A DNA stretch of 64,000 bases from Salisapilia sapeloensis CBS 127946 (Eukaryota > Protista > Oomycota), in the NCBI GenBank assembly GCA_023334545.1, contig JAADVB010000091.1, positions 1-64,000 of the forward strand, in the 5' to 3' direction. Shown here one piece after another: positions 1-10,580 of this stretch. The translations under genes and the position numbers were made by a program. Numbering within the stretch: position 1 is the stretch's first letter; each line of letters begins with the position of its first letter. The notes under the pieces are model-generated. The model ran no database searches. It was not told the origin of the DNA and worked only from the letters and a program-made list of their open reading frames with translations.

Positions 1-58
1 ATGGTAGAGCGTTCGCTTAGCATGCGAAAGGTACTGGGATCGATACCCAGCTTCTCCA
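1..58 (+). tRNA. tRNA-Ala(AGC), 5' end truncated by the window edge
   Basis: Anticodon arm TTCGC-TTAGCAT-GCGAA (12-28, anticodon AGC). T arm CTGGG-ATCGATA-CCCAG (34-50, eukaryotic Ala-type A54 loop). Acceptor 3' strand CTTCTCC (51-57) and discriminator A58. No encoded CCA. Confidence 0.93.
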
Positions 59-59
59 G

Positions 60-131
60 GCGTGTGTAGTATAGTGGTTAGTACCCTTCGTTGTGGTCGA
101 AGTATCCTCGGTTCGAATCCGGGCACGCGCA
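60..131 (+). tRNA. tRNA-His(GUG); genomic G at position 59 corresponds to G-1
   Basis: Full cloverleaf: acceptor GCGTGTG(60-66)/CACGCGC(124-130), D stem GTAT/GTAC, anticodon arm CTTCG-TTGTGGT-CGAAG (GTG at 93-95), T arm CTCGG-TTCGAAT-CCGGG, discriminator A131. Confidence 0.96.
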
Positions 132-135
132 TTCC

Positions 136-141
136 TTTTTT
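136..141 (+). terminator. RNA polymerase III terminator (T6) after tRNA-His
   Basis: TTTTTT starts 5 nt after the discriminator. There is no T-run between the two tRNAs. Confidence 0.8.
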
Positions 142-423
142 CCTGGGTTTTGTCGTGGCTTACCTTCATTTTGGGAAAGCACATCCATTTTTACTCTATC
201 ATAATGCGCACAGGGAAATACTAGCGAACATTATATCGAGTATATCCACTCAGACGACCTTCGGACAACCTCATATGTCCTCGGTGGACCTTTGGCAATT
301 ATCTACCACAGTAGCGACGACGCCGTGCACGTTTAGTGGCTTCCCCTCCGTCATCTCCTAGTTTCGCACGCTCTACGGACACTTGCTACCCTTTATTCCG
401 TTCTTTTCGTTTAATAAACTGGT

Positions 424-3400
424 ATGGATGCTGGTACTGCTGACGATGGAGCTGTTCGAGTCGCTGTGCGTGTCCGGCCGCTCATCGGGCGGGAGAAAGT
501 GGACCGATGCGACGAATGCGTGTCTGTCGTTGACCAGGACACGCAAGTCGTGATTGGTAAGAACCGATCCTTTACGTATGACTACGTGTTCGGTCAGTAC
601 GCCCAACAGCGGGACGTCTGGAGCTGCGTCGAGCCACTTGTGGACGCTGCGTTCGAAGGCTACAACGCCACTATCTTTGCGTACGGCCAAACTGGATCCG
701 GCAAGACGTTTACCATGGGCAGTGGATCGACTGTCCACCTTCCACCGGAAGACCATGGCATCATCCCACGTGTCATCTCGTACATGTTCGATCAAATCCA
801 GTCGAAAGTGTCGTCTACACCAGAATACTCGGCCGAGCTTCGAGTCCGCTTCCTAGAAATCTATGGCGAGGACATTCGAGACTTGCTCGTGCATCTCGAG
901 TCTACAGGAGAAGGAAAAGTGGGGCTTCGGGAAGGAGAGGGAGGGGAGATCCAAGTCTCAGGCGCGGCTGAAGAGGTCGTCACGGACGCCGACGACTGTC
1001 TAAAGCTTTTAGAACGCGGCACTTTATCTAGAACGACTGGAAGTACACTCATGAACGCGCATTCGAGTCGATCTCACGCCATTTTCACCATCACCATGAC
1101 CCAGCAGACGCCTCTCGTCGGTGGCGAAGAGCAATCGTCGGGGGAAGTCGAGTTCGAGACACGTACGTCTTGCTTCAATTTTGTCGATCTAGCTGGATCC
1201 GAACGTCAGAAGCGTACGCAGGCAGAAGGCAAGCGCTTGAAGGAAGGAATTGAGATCAACAAGGGTTTACTCGCCCTCGGGAACGTCATCAGTGCATTAG
1301 GGGATGAAAAGAAACGAGGCAAAGTGCACGTTCCGTATCGAGACTCCAAGCTCACTCGTATGCTGCAGGATTCCTTAGGTGGCAATAGTCGAACGTTGAT
1401 GCTCACGTGCGTCAGTCCAGCTGACGTCAACTTTGAAGAGAGCTTGAACGCTCTCAAGTACGCCAACCGAGCTCGGAACATCAAGAACAAGGCGGTTGTC
1501 AATCGAGATGAAGCGTCTGCTGCGAACGCGGCGTTAAGACGACAGGTACAGGCTCTGCAGGAAGAGGTCATGCGTCTCCGGCATCCTGGCATGTCAGACG
1601 CTGAGCTGCATGCGTTAGCACCTAGTACCTCGAACGTCGGGTCCGGCGCAGATGTAGATTCCTTTGCTAGTCTCCGGAATCGAGCAGAGAACGCCGAGAG
1701 CGAAGTGACGCGCTTAACATCCGAGATGAAGCGCATCAAGACGCAGATGGACCAAGTGCGTGAAGAGTCGATTGCAGCACAGGCGGAGCGAGACTACTTG
1801 CGCTCCGTCGTCGCGCCAGAGCAACGTGGTGGCGAGGAAGAAGAGGCGGGAAAGAGTCTCGTGAGTGAACACTTGAAGACGATCTATGACTTACAAGAAA
1901 AGCTCCGAGTGGCTGAGTCAGAGAACGAACGAGTGCAGATGGACTTTAGCTCGATGGACGTGCCGTCGTATCTCGATACGAGTGGTAAGGACACGGACGA
2001 ATTGATCGCTCGTGCAGAGCAAGAGATCGCCGACGAGAGTGCCGAGTTGGAAGGACAGGACGCAGATGAGTCGTTTGTGCAGGAAGAGGAGGATCATGAA
2101 CGAGTCTTTTTGAAGCGTCAGGAGCATTTAGGCGAGTCCGTTCGGGACTTAAGTCAAGACATCTCTGTCAAAGAACAGCTCGTGCAGAACCTTCGCGCTC
2201 AGCAAGAGAGTTACGACAAGCTCCGGACGTTCTACGAGAATAAGATGGCGCAGATGGTCGAACAGGTCAAGTCAGCGCAGCAAGATCGAGAGAAACTGCT
2301 GCAGGAGATGCAGATGCTGGAAGGCAAGAGCAAGAAGGACGTTGAGAGCTCTTCTCGCCTGACGAAACTCACGAAAGAGCTCAAGACCAAGGACGAGCAG
2401 CTAAGTACGCTTCGTCGAAAGCAAAGTGAGATGCAAAAGTTCATGGCACAGAAGAAGAAGAGTGAGACGCAGCTACGTGCTTTGGAAGCAGAAGTCACGT
2501 CGATGAAGAGACAAAAGGTTGAGCTCATGCGCAAGATGTCAGCGGAACGAAAGAAGTACGAGGACGAAGCGAAGCGCCGACAGCGGGAGATTGCAGCACT
2601 CAAGCGAGCGCAGCGAAAGGACCAGCAGCAGATCCAACGACTTGGGAATGAAAAGTCCGCGCAGGAACGCGTGCTCAGGCGGAAGATGGAGGAGGCAAAT
2701 GCTGCCAAGCAGCGTCTCAAGCAGCAGCAGCACCTCCAGGCACAAGCTAAGCGGATGAACGCCAAGGTCGGGCGTACGATCCAATCTCAAAGGAAGGAGG
2801 TCGATATGAAGTGGGTGGAGGAAGAGGTGGAGACGAGAGCGAGGGAGCAGCAGAAGCTAGAGCAGCTGCGGACGGAGCGAGAGGAGCTCGGTCGAGAGCT
2901 GGAAGAGCTGTATCTGTTGCATGAAGACGATCCGTCTGCCGATGTAGATGAACGCATTGAGGCGTGTCAGGCGCAGCTAGAGTACAAGGAGGAGCAGATC
3001 TCGAGCACGGAGGACTCTGGCATCCCAGACGCTCGTATCGACCGGACCAAGTCGCTCGAGGACGCTAAGGCGGTCATGCACCGTCTCTTTTCCTCTGCTG
3101 TGAACGCTCGGAAGCAGGCGCAGAGTCAGGAGCAGCACGCAGGCAAGATGGTGTTGGAGCTTAAGGAAGCGCAGGAACAGCTTGAGGTCGAACGCAGTCG
3201 AGCGACGCAGCTGAAGCAAGAGTACGAGCAGTCTCTCCATCGCTTCGTCCAGACTGGATTGGAAAGCGATGCGTCTGGGAACGGAGAGGATCGATCGCAG
3301 CATCTACTAAGCGTGTCGGAAGAACGGAATGATGTGCTCAAGAAGAAGTTTGAAGAGCAGGTGGAAAGAGCCAAGGAAGCGGAGCGTGTGCGAGAAGCCT

Positions 3401-4233
3401 TGTACGATCAGATGATGCTCGAGCAGAGGCAGCTGCGTGCTTGTCAGGATGAAGTGCAGCACCTCAAGGACCAAGTGAAGCGTCTGTCGAGTAAGAGCAA
3501 TCAGCGACAGGAACGCAGTCGTCCAGTGTCATGGGCGAATGAGCTAGAGGAGGACGAGTCGGATGATGCCGACGGACGTAGTGATGAAGGCAGCGTCGCG
3601 ATGGATGACAAGGGCGAGTCGCCGACGCATCATAGTGACGACGGATCGACACAAAAGAGCATCTTCTCTCGTCTTGCGAACCCGAGTAACTTTACTGGCA
3701 TTCATAAGAACAGAGCCAAGGACAGTGTCTCAAAGCGAGAGGTGCTCCAGTCTCGAGCAGACAAGAACCGACAGCGACGGATGAAAGATCGAGGAGGTCG
3801 CGGGCCTGGGACGAGTCGACTTGCAGAGCGACCAGCATCCACCTCGAAAGCGTCAGTGAAGAAACCGACGCAGATGATGGAGGTGCTGGAGAATATGCGA
3901 CGGGAGAATGAAGGAGAGGCGCATGTGTCGGACACTGTGGCGCAGAGGCTGGCGCAAGGGTACGTGACGACGACGAGGCCGGACGACATGGAGATGCCTC
4001 CTCCTGCGCCGTCATCGACGCCAGGACGTTCTCGACTGGCAGGCACGCAGTTCCATAGACGACCGGCGCCACAGCCGAAATCTTCTTCGGCTGGAGAGGA
4101 AGAAGCGTACATGTTTGACGAAGGAGAGGACCCGTTAGTCCATGGACCTCGTCTCGTGGATCAAGTGCGAGACGATTATCGACAGCGTCTGGCGGAAACA
4201 CGATCGACACGAAACGCTCGATCGAGGGGATAA
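424..4233 (+). CDS. Kinesin-4 family (KIF4/KIF21-like) motor protein, intronless, 1269 aa
   Basis: N-terminal motor domain with VRVAVRVRP, P-loop GQTGSGKT, SSRSH, DLAGSER and HVPYRDSKLTRMLQDSLGGNSRT. A long coiled-coil stalk of kinesin-4 type follows. Confidence 0.93.
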   Translation: MDAGTADDGAVRVAVRVRPLIGREKVDRCDECVSVVDQDTQVVIGKNRSFTYDYVFGQYAQQRDVWSCVEPLVDAAFEGYNATIFAYGQTGSGKTFTMGSGSTVHLPPEDHGIIPRVISYMFDQIQSKVSSTPEYSAELRVRFLEIYGEDIRDLLVHLESTGEGKVGLREGEGGEIQVSGAAEEVVTDADDCLKLLERGTLSRTTGSTLMNAHSSRSHAIFTITMTQQTPLVGGEEQSSGEVEFETRTSCFNFVDLAGSERQKRTQAEGKRLKEGIEINKGLLALGNVISALGDEKKRGKVHVPYRDSKLTRMLQDSLGGNSRTLMLTCVSPADVNFEESLNALKYANRARNIKNKAVVNRDEASAANAALRRQVQALQEEVMRLRHPGMSDAELHALAPSTSNVGSGADVDSFASLRNRAENAESEVTRLTSEMKRIKTQMDQVREESIAAQAERDYLRSVVAPEQRGGEEEEAGKSLVSEHLKTIYDLQEKLRVAESENERVQMDFSSMDVPSYLDTSGKDTDELIARAEQEIADESAELEGQDADESFVQEEEDHERVFLKRQEHLGESVRDLSQDISVKEQLVQNLRAQQESYDKLRTFYENKMAQMVEQVKSAQQDREKLLQEMQMLEGKSKKDVESSSRLTKLTKELKTKDEQLSTLRRKQSEMQKFMAQKKKSETQLRALEAEVTSMKRQKVELMRKMSAERKKYEDEAKRRQREIAALKRAQRKDQQQIQRLGNEKSAQERVLRRKMEEANAAKQRLKQQQHLQAQAKRMNAKVGRTIQSQRKEVDMKWVEEEVETRAREQQKLEQLRTEREELGRELEELYLLHEDDPSADVDERIEACQAQLEYKEEQISSTEDSGIPDARIDRTKSLEDAKAVMHRLFSSAVNARKQAQSQEQHAGKMVLELKEAQEQLEVERSRATQLKQEYEQSLHRFVQTGLESDASGNGEDRSQHLLSVSEERNDVLKKKFEEQVERAKEAERVREALYDQMMLEQRQLRACQDEVQHLKDQVKRLSSKSNQRQERSRPVSWANELEEDESDDADGRSDEGSVAMDDKGESPTHHSDDGSTQKSIFSRLANPSNFTGIHKNRAKDSVSKREVLQSRADKNRQRRMKDRGGRGPGTSRLAERPASTSKASVKKPTQMMEVLENMRRENEGEAHVSDTVAQRLAQGYVTTTRPDDMEMPPPAPSSTPGRSRLAGTQFHRRPAPQPKSSSAGEEEAYMFDEGEDPLVHGPRLVDQVRDDYRQRLAETRSTRNARSRG

Positions 4234-4267
4234 TTAAATGACAGGATACAAAAAGGATTTGGTTGCA

Positions 4268-4989
4268 CTACGCTTCTTGCGTTTGTTTAATCTCCATGTA
4301 CTCAGCATAAGAAAGGTGCTTCTTGGAGCTCTGGTACCTCGTGACTCGGATGTTGGCAAGGAGATCCGAGTCTACAGGTCGCTTGTATCCAGCCTTACGG
4401 ACGAGAGATGTGATGGCTTCGAGATGGCCCCACCCTTGCTCTCGAGCGACATCCGGCAGGTACGTTGCGTGGTAGTTCCTGCCGTCGACGTCGAACTCGA
4501 TGATAATCCCATGGACGCCGATCTATTGCTCTTATATGGATGTGGTTTTTGTATGCGTTTGGGATATAAAGTACCTCCCAGTCGTCGTAGCTATTGGCAT
4601 CTTCATAGTCGACGAGGAGAGAGACGTCGCAGTGGAGTTTCGGGAGCTCCTCCGGTCCGATCGGTTCGAAGCGATGGTCCTGGAGAGCGCTTTTGAAGGT
4701 AAAGTTACGCAATTTGCGTAATTGAGTGGGTGCGAGGGTGCCAATGCAACCGCGCAGTTCTGTTGCTTTTGACGTGCCACTACGCTGGCTACGGCGCTCG
4801 ATCTCCCACGTGACGAAGAGTGGGCTGTGGATATGGATAGAAAGAGATTACTAGAGGAACATGGATTTAGCATAGGATAAATGCATACAAGGTCTGATCG
4901 CCGTCGAATTGAGGCGTAGGAGCTGGTGTCTGATTAAAGTGGGAGACAAGCGTGTCGAAGCAAAACACGACCATCTCGGTCGTCGCCAT
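4268..4989 (-). CDS. AMMECR1: AMMECR1-domain protein (multi-exon)
   Basis: Reconstructed exons read MATTEMVVFCFDTLVSHF; LFVTW..LRGCIGT; KSALQDHRFEPIGPEELPKLHCDVSLLVDYE..DWE; IGVHGIIIEF..ATYLPDVAREQGW..SLVRKAGY..RYQSSK. ATG at 4989, TAG at 4270-4268. Confidence 0.92.
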
Positions 4990-5212
4990 GACTACGACGT
5001 TCTTCCAAGTTTCTTCTTGCACTACCCAGTGACAAAGTGCACTCTTACGAGGGAAAATAAACTTTTTTACCTATGTATTTGATTCAATTGTCAGTATGAA
5101 GAGGTATTTCGATCCTCAACAGGCTTTGGATAACTGTACCACAACGGTACCATGCATGAACAAGTTGGATCGACACTTTTGACAAACTCGATCCTGCGTC
5201 CTCTGCCCCGTC

Positions 5213-6966
5213 ATGTCCAGCACACTAGGACACCTTTTCGGCACTTCTCAGAGCTCAGAAGACCACATCAGTGCAGGAGAAGATGTGACGGAGCCTCTTT
5301 TGTCTACAAATGATGAACGAGAGCAATCCGGCGCCGAAGCAGATAGTGAGCGAGATGCTTACACACACGAAGAGATTCTTCACTCCATTGGGTCTTTCTC
5401 AGCCGTCGTCTGGCCTGTCACGGTCACAATGCTTTTATCTAGGTACAAAGGATCAGTTATAGTGTATCAAGCAGCAGTATACGAACTAACGTCGATGTAA
5501 TCAGCCTTATCTCGGTCAACTTGGAAGATCCTGCTACAGCTGAAGCACTCGCCAAGTAAGCTCACTCTCCCACCGTATATCTCATAGACAGACATAATTA
5601 AATTTATGGATGGTAGCCAGTATCTTGTCTATCGACCGGACAGCGAATCGGAGGCATCCTCTGGTACAAAGTTTGCGGATGCAATGATCAATGCACTCGT
5701 CATCGTCTGCTTCTTCCTCGTCGCGACCTTTGTTATAGCCTTTTGCTACAAACTCAACTTCCACAGAGTACTACTCGTATGTCTTATTGTCAAGTTTCAG
5801 CTAACGTTCATTTAGTTCCTTATCGGCTACATGATGTTTTCCTCCGCCATGCTACTCGGTCTTCTCGGTGGAAACCTCATGCGGATCATCCTAGTGCGTC
5901 TTGAGTGGCCAATGGATATCTTCACAGCCATCTTCACCATGTACAATTTTGCTGTCGTTGGTGTCGTCTCCATCTTTTATCAAAAAGGAACGCCGATGTG
6001 GTTATCACAAGCATATCTAGTTGCCACATCTGTCGTCATGGCGTGGCAACTAGGTCAGTTTCCAGAATGGAGTACGTGGGCACTTGTCGTCGTTCTCGCC
6101 TTTTACGACCTCTGCGCCGTCCTCACCCCATGTGGCCCCCTCAAGCTCCTTGTCAACCTCGTCGAGCAGGAAGGACGACCACTACCAGGTCCATCTAGAT
6201 GCCACATATGCTATTCTGTCGCTCTTAGTAATTGTACTCTTGTAGGTTTATTGTATGAAGCAGAGGTTCATGGACAGTCTCGGAGTACGAGTCGAACGAC
6301 CGACTATAGTGGATATTATCAGCTAGACGACAGCGCTTCATTCCAACCTCCTACACCTCCTACACGTTCCCCAACGGAAGAAGCTCCATTGAATACGAAT
6401 GCAACGGAGACCACGTCTGATTCCCCCCGGACTGCTCGCATCAGACAACGACTTTTACATTTCTATTCTCAATATAATCCAGAAGCAATCGACCGCATCG
6501 ACCTCATTATAGAGAGGTACCGCGAAGATGAAGCTCAGCTCTGGCAAGACTTGCTCAACAAATACGCTCCGGAAGAACCAGGTATGCTACCTCATGAAAT
6601 ATACTAGTGTTGATGGGTGAATAACCATGCCTGCAGGAGATAATACGATCAAGTTGGGACTTGGTGACTTTGTCTTTTATAGCGTATTGGTGTCAAGAGC
6701 TGCCATGTTCGATTTCGCAGCCATGGTCAGCTGCCTCATCTCTGTTCTTACGGTAGTAGCTACAACCACTTGATATCTACCTCCTCCTGACTCGTTCGTA
6801 TTGGTTGTAGGGACTATGTGGAACCTTGATCCTGCTAGGTATCTACAAGTCTGCCCTCCCTGCTCTCCCGATCTCCATTCTACTAGCAGTAAGTGTCTAT
6901 TTCTGGCTCCGACTCGTCTTTATGGACTTTGCCGACTCTGCCTTGCGTATGGGCATATTGTTCTAG
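5213..6966 (+). CDS. PSEN: Presenilin (gamma-secretase catalytic aspartyl protease), multi-exon
   Basis: Multiple TM segments. Catalytic motifs AFYDLCAVLTPCGPLK (about 6100), KLGLGDFVFYSVLV (about 6650-6690) and ALPALPISI (about 6855-6880). Stop TAG at 6964-6966. Confidence 0.95.
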
Positions 6967-7018
6967 CTTGAACGGAATATAAAAGTCTTGCTAGATTGCT
7001 TTGTTATGACGAAAGGAG

Positions 7019-8909
7019 CTAGAGAAAGTTGTTCGTGGTGATGCATTCATGGAGGTAGGCGGAGAGGAAGGAAAAGCCCAAGAAATGGAGTGCTTCTAAC
7101 TCTACTTTTGCCTCCAACTCTCCATTGACCCAGTGCCGAATTTCTCTTTCATACATTGGATGTGTCTATCATTATACCATTCATGTACATGCCGGTGATG
7201 TCTTTGAGAAGATGGATACCTGGATGTATGGAGATGCTAGTAGTGCGTTCGCAGTGGACAAGTCTTTTGGACTTAGAGGTTTGAAAGCATTAGACAGTAG
7301 CTCGAGCGCAGGGATTTGGCTTGGACGGAGACCAACCCACTTGATGTCCGTCACTGGTACACAGAGTCATACCGGATATGATACGTTGAATATGTAGTTG
7401 AAAGCATACCATAGTAGGGAGAGTCAATCGGCATTCGCGCTGATCCGAGCTTATAAGTCAGCTATTGAAGGCGTGTTAGACCTTTGTTTCTGCTTTTGCC
7501 TAATGGAGCGTACGATGATGGAGACGCCAAAGGGGTTGCAGTCACAGAGACCAAAGACCGGAACCTGAATCATCCGTGCGAGATGACTGACGAATGCTCT
7601 GTACAATACATGATGCATTATAAATCTGTAGCCACGAATATAAAAGGTTTGCTCTGGAACCTTGTCATGAGATCTGGAAACCCACGGCCAGTGATGAGTA
7701 TGCTCGGCAAGGTATTGGCAAACCCGTCTTCCCTGCAAATTTGACAACGGATGATGAGGTTGTTCAGCTATGACTTGTAATCTAGCACTTGCCTCAGACG
7801 GTTAAAAATACCTAAGTAGACGAAAAAAGTGGAAATGAGTGATTCATCTAAAGTATAAGAAAGTGGTAGAGCACAATACCATCCTTTTCGATGACGACTA
7901 TGCATTTTGCATCGCTCCTTCTACACTCACATGATTCCATTTAAACTTAATCGCACTTGTACGAGACAAAGACATACATGGCATCCGGCTGGTGATGAAA
8001 TAGATCCTGCGTTATTGGGTGCTCTTCCCCATTACTGTATGATCTCCATTCGCCATTGACCTTGGACATGCACCAAAGCAAATATAAATTTCCTGTTGTC
8101 TGATGATTCAACATGGAGATTACCAAAAGGCTAAAGTGCCCTGTAAAGGAGCCTTTGGAGGCACCTTGGATGTTCAGACTAGATCTCGGCACACATAAGA
8201 GTCCTCCGGCATCTTCGTGTAGCAGGATGCAAACATTAAAGAAGAGATAGCAACGCTGCGTCGATGATCAGTACCGAGAATGGCTTCATCTGCTTCTTGC
8301 TGGCATTGGAAGAAAGGATGGAGATAGTAGATCTCTCGCTTTACCTGCTAGTTAGTACTGTAGAGAATATAACGAGGTAGATTGCAAACCTGTGTCGCTG
8401 TCTTCTCATCCTTTAGAAGCGTGTATACCGTCTGCAGCACCAACCATACTGCCGTATACTTTCTCGCTCCTCGTCGATTCTGCATGGTGTACAGGTAAGC
8501 ACTATGCTAGCGTCGTCATATTTTGCTGCCTACAAGTTTAATCGTTCGGATCGCATCATTATGCGTTAGTTGTTCGAGCTCTTCGTCGTAGGTTAATGCC
8601 GACGCATTTCGCTTTAGCTAGATCCAATTCAATAGTCTTATAATCTACTGTCTTCATTCTCAAGCTCATGCAGGCTGAACGTACGACGCCAAGATCCATG
8701 AATCGACCCTCCTACAACCCCGGATCAATACTAGAGCGATGACAATCACATCGAAAGTCAACTCACCGCCAAGTTCTCGAGAAACTGCGCCACCAATGTT
8801 TCAATGCGTTCTATCACCTACATACTACTTCTTCAAGACGCTGTACCCTCTTTTTTGCTTATCGTCTTTAATCTACCTCTTCCCTTGAAAACGGGTTTCC
8901 GTTCTCCAT
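7019..8909 (-). CDS. SPO11: Meiotic recombination protein SPO11 (SPO11-2-like), intron-rich, not captured by the ORF track
   Basis: Minus-strand exons in the correct order: ERIETLVAQFL; RKYTAVWLVLQTVYTLL..TATQ; REIYY (catalytic Tyr, about 8330); DAGGLLCVPRSSLNIQGASKG; LITGRGFPDLMTR; VPVFGLCDCNPFG..LTYKLGS; KWVGLRP; KVELEAL..FL-stop (7021-7019). The start codon is inferred. Confidence 0.9.
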
Positions 8910-9020
8910 ACTCGACTATTCCAAACGGCAACTGAAGAAAATAACCAGATCACAAGACGATAGCGATGAACAAAACTGATCAAGAAGCAATGTAGCCTAG
9001 CCAAAGTATATTTATACGAC

Positions 9021-9542
9021 TTAAGACGTCAGTTTGGTAGCACTGAAGGCCTCGCCATCCGAACGAGGCTCCGTGCTCTGCCCTCGAAGGTAGCATGTGT
9101 GACCCTTCCAGAACGTGTAAGACTGACACAGTTCGTTTTCACAGCACAGTTGCTCACATTCGTCCACTGTGCGTACTTCTCGATGAGTTAAATCGTACTC
9201 GTCGCCACCATTGTCCATCCAGTTGCGAGGGTAGTGTCGGAAGAAGCAGCGATCGTGCATTGGATCGGCATTCTTTTTCCCCCTGTGACGAAACCCTTTC
9301 GATCGAGCAAGATCAGAGCTACTGGATGGGATGACATCGTTCGGCAGGATCGGCGTCATGTGCCGAGCGTAGGACGCGTTGTTACCGAAGGCGAGGCAAA
9401 ATGGTCCTGTGAGCGAATTACAAACATTGGCAATATCGACAGGAGTGTCTTTATCATTGTATGTATCTGCACGAATCGACTGGAAGCCTAGCAAGACGCT
9501 TGATAGCACACACACAGCTAGCGCATGGAGTACCGTGGTCAT
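9021..9542 (-). CDS. Secreted PAN/Apple-domain protein, 173 aa
   Basis: Hydrophobic N-terminal signal peptide (LHALAVCVLSSVLLG). C-terminal CEQLCCENELCQSYTFWKGHTCYL matches the PAN/apple Cys pattern. Confidence 0.75.
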   Translation of the reverse strand: MTTVLHALAVCVLSSVLLGFQSIRADTYNDKDTPVDIANVCNSLTGPFCLAFGNNASYARHMTPILPNDVIPSSSSDLARSKGFRHRGKKNADPMHDRCFFRHYPRNWMDNGGDEYDLTHREVRTVDECEQLCCENELCQSYTFWKGHTCYLRGQSTEPRSDGEAFSATKLTS

Positions 9543-9614
9543 CGTGCTCGTGTAACTCTACCTAGAGAATCAAATGTATTTGAACGAATCAGAAATCTTT
9601 ATTTTACATTTTAA

Positions 9615-9619
9615 CCAAT
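9615..9619 (+). promoter_or_regulatory. CCAAT box in the short divergent promoter between the PAN-domain gene and VAMP7
   Basis: AACCAATCAC lies 46 nt upstream of the VAMP7 ATG. Similar CCAAT boxes lie upstream of PSMA4 (11710), beta-tubulin (29332, 29417), RPS12 (39864-39868, minus) and HAT1 (50503). Confidence 0.35.
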
Positions 9620-9664
9620 CACATAAAAGATATGATCTTCAGGAGTCGCACTACGGAAGCCGAG

Positions 9665-10537
9665 ATGTCGATCGTGTATGCGCTTGTGGCGAGAGACCAA
9701 AGCGTGCTGTGCGAGTACACGGACACTAGTGGCAACTTCCCCACCGTCACTCGTGCAGTGATGAAGCACATATCAGAAGACCGACCATCTGCATCCGGCG
9801 GTTCCTACAGGAACGTCGTGCCGTACAATGACTTCAACTTCTTCTTCCTCCATGACGATGGCATCACGTACGTGTGCATGGCGGAGGCCCACGTCCACAC
9901 CACAGTCGCATTCCAGATGCTATCGGAAGTAAGACAGCGATTTCGACAGAATTACGGCGACAAAGCCAAGTCTGCCATTGCCTACGGCATGGCGCCTTTT
10001 GCATCGCATTTAGAAAACCTCATGAAAAAGTTTGATAATCTCCAGTCCGACACACCACTTTCCCAAGTATCTATCCGTCTTCTAAGCTTCCTCCACTCCT
10101 ATAACGTTTGCTAAAGTTAGGATGACACGATAGGTTCGACAGAAGATGGAACGAGTGAAGATGATCATGATCGACAATGTTAACCACGTACTTCCTGTTC
10201 ACTATTCTTATCTATAGCATGCTTATGGTTGTCTTAGTTGATGGAACGAGGAGAAAAGATCGACTTGCTAGTCATGCGGACGGAGAAGCTGCATCAGGAA
10301 GCGATCAAGTACGAACGAGCAGCAAAAAAGGTGCGGAACGTCTACTGGTGGCAGAACATTCGATACTGGTGCTACATCGTCCTCCTGCTCTTCCTCCTCG
10401 CAATTGTCGCGTCCTTCTTTATCTGTGGTCTCGACTACTCCACCTGTCTCCATCGGATCGAGTCGAAAGCCACCAAAGGCGTCCAGCACCAAGTAGACAA
10501 CGTCTCGCACGAAATACATAGCCACCATGGCGTGTAA
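9665..10537 (+). CDS. VAMP7: VAMP7-type longin R-SNARE (multi-exon)
   Basis: Longin domain MSIVYALVARDQSVLCEY..GNFPTV..YVCMA. SNARE motif MERGEKIDLLV.RTEKL..A..Y...A.KVR..WW.N. C-terminal TM segment. Confidence 0.93.
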
Positions 10538-10580
10538 CAAATATCTCTTTTCATGCCATCCTGTATTCTTTCCTTTGGAT

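Noticed and set aside
62-361. 99-aa ORF starting inside tRNA-His
   Set aside because: It overlaps a perfect tRNA cloverleaf, starts at a non-ATG codon and has no protein features.
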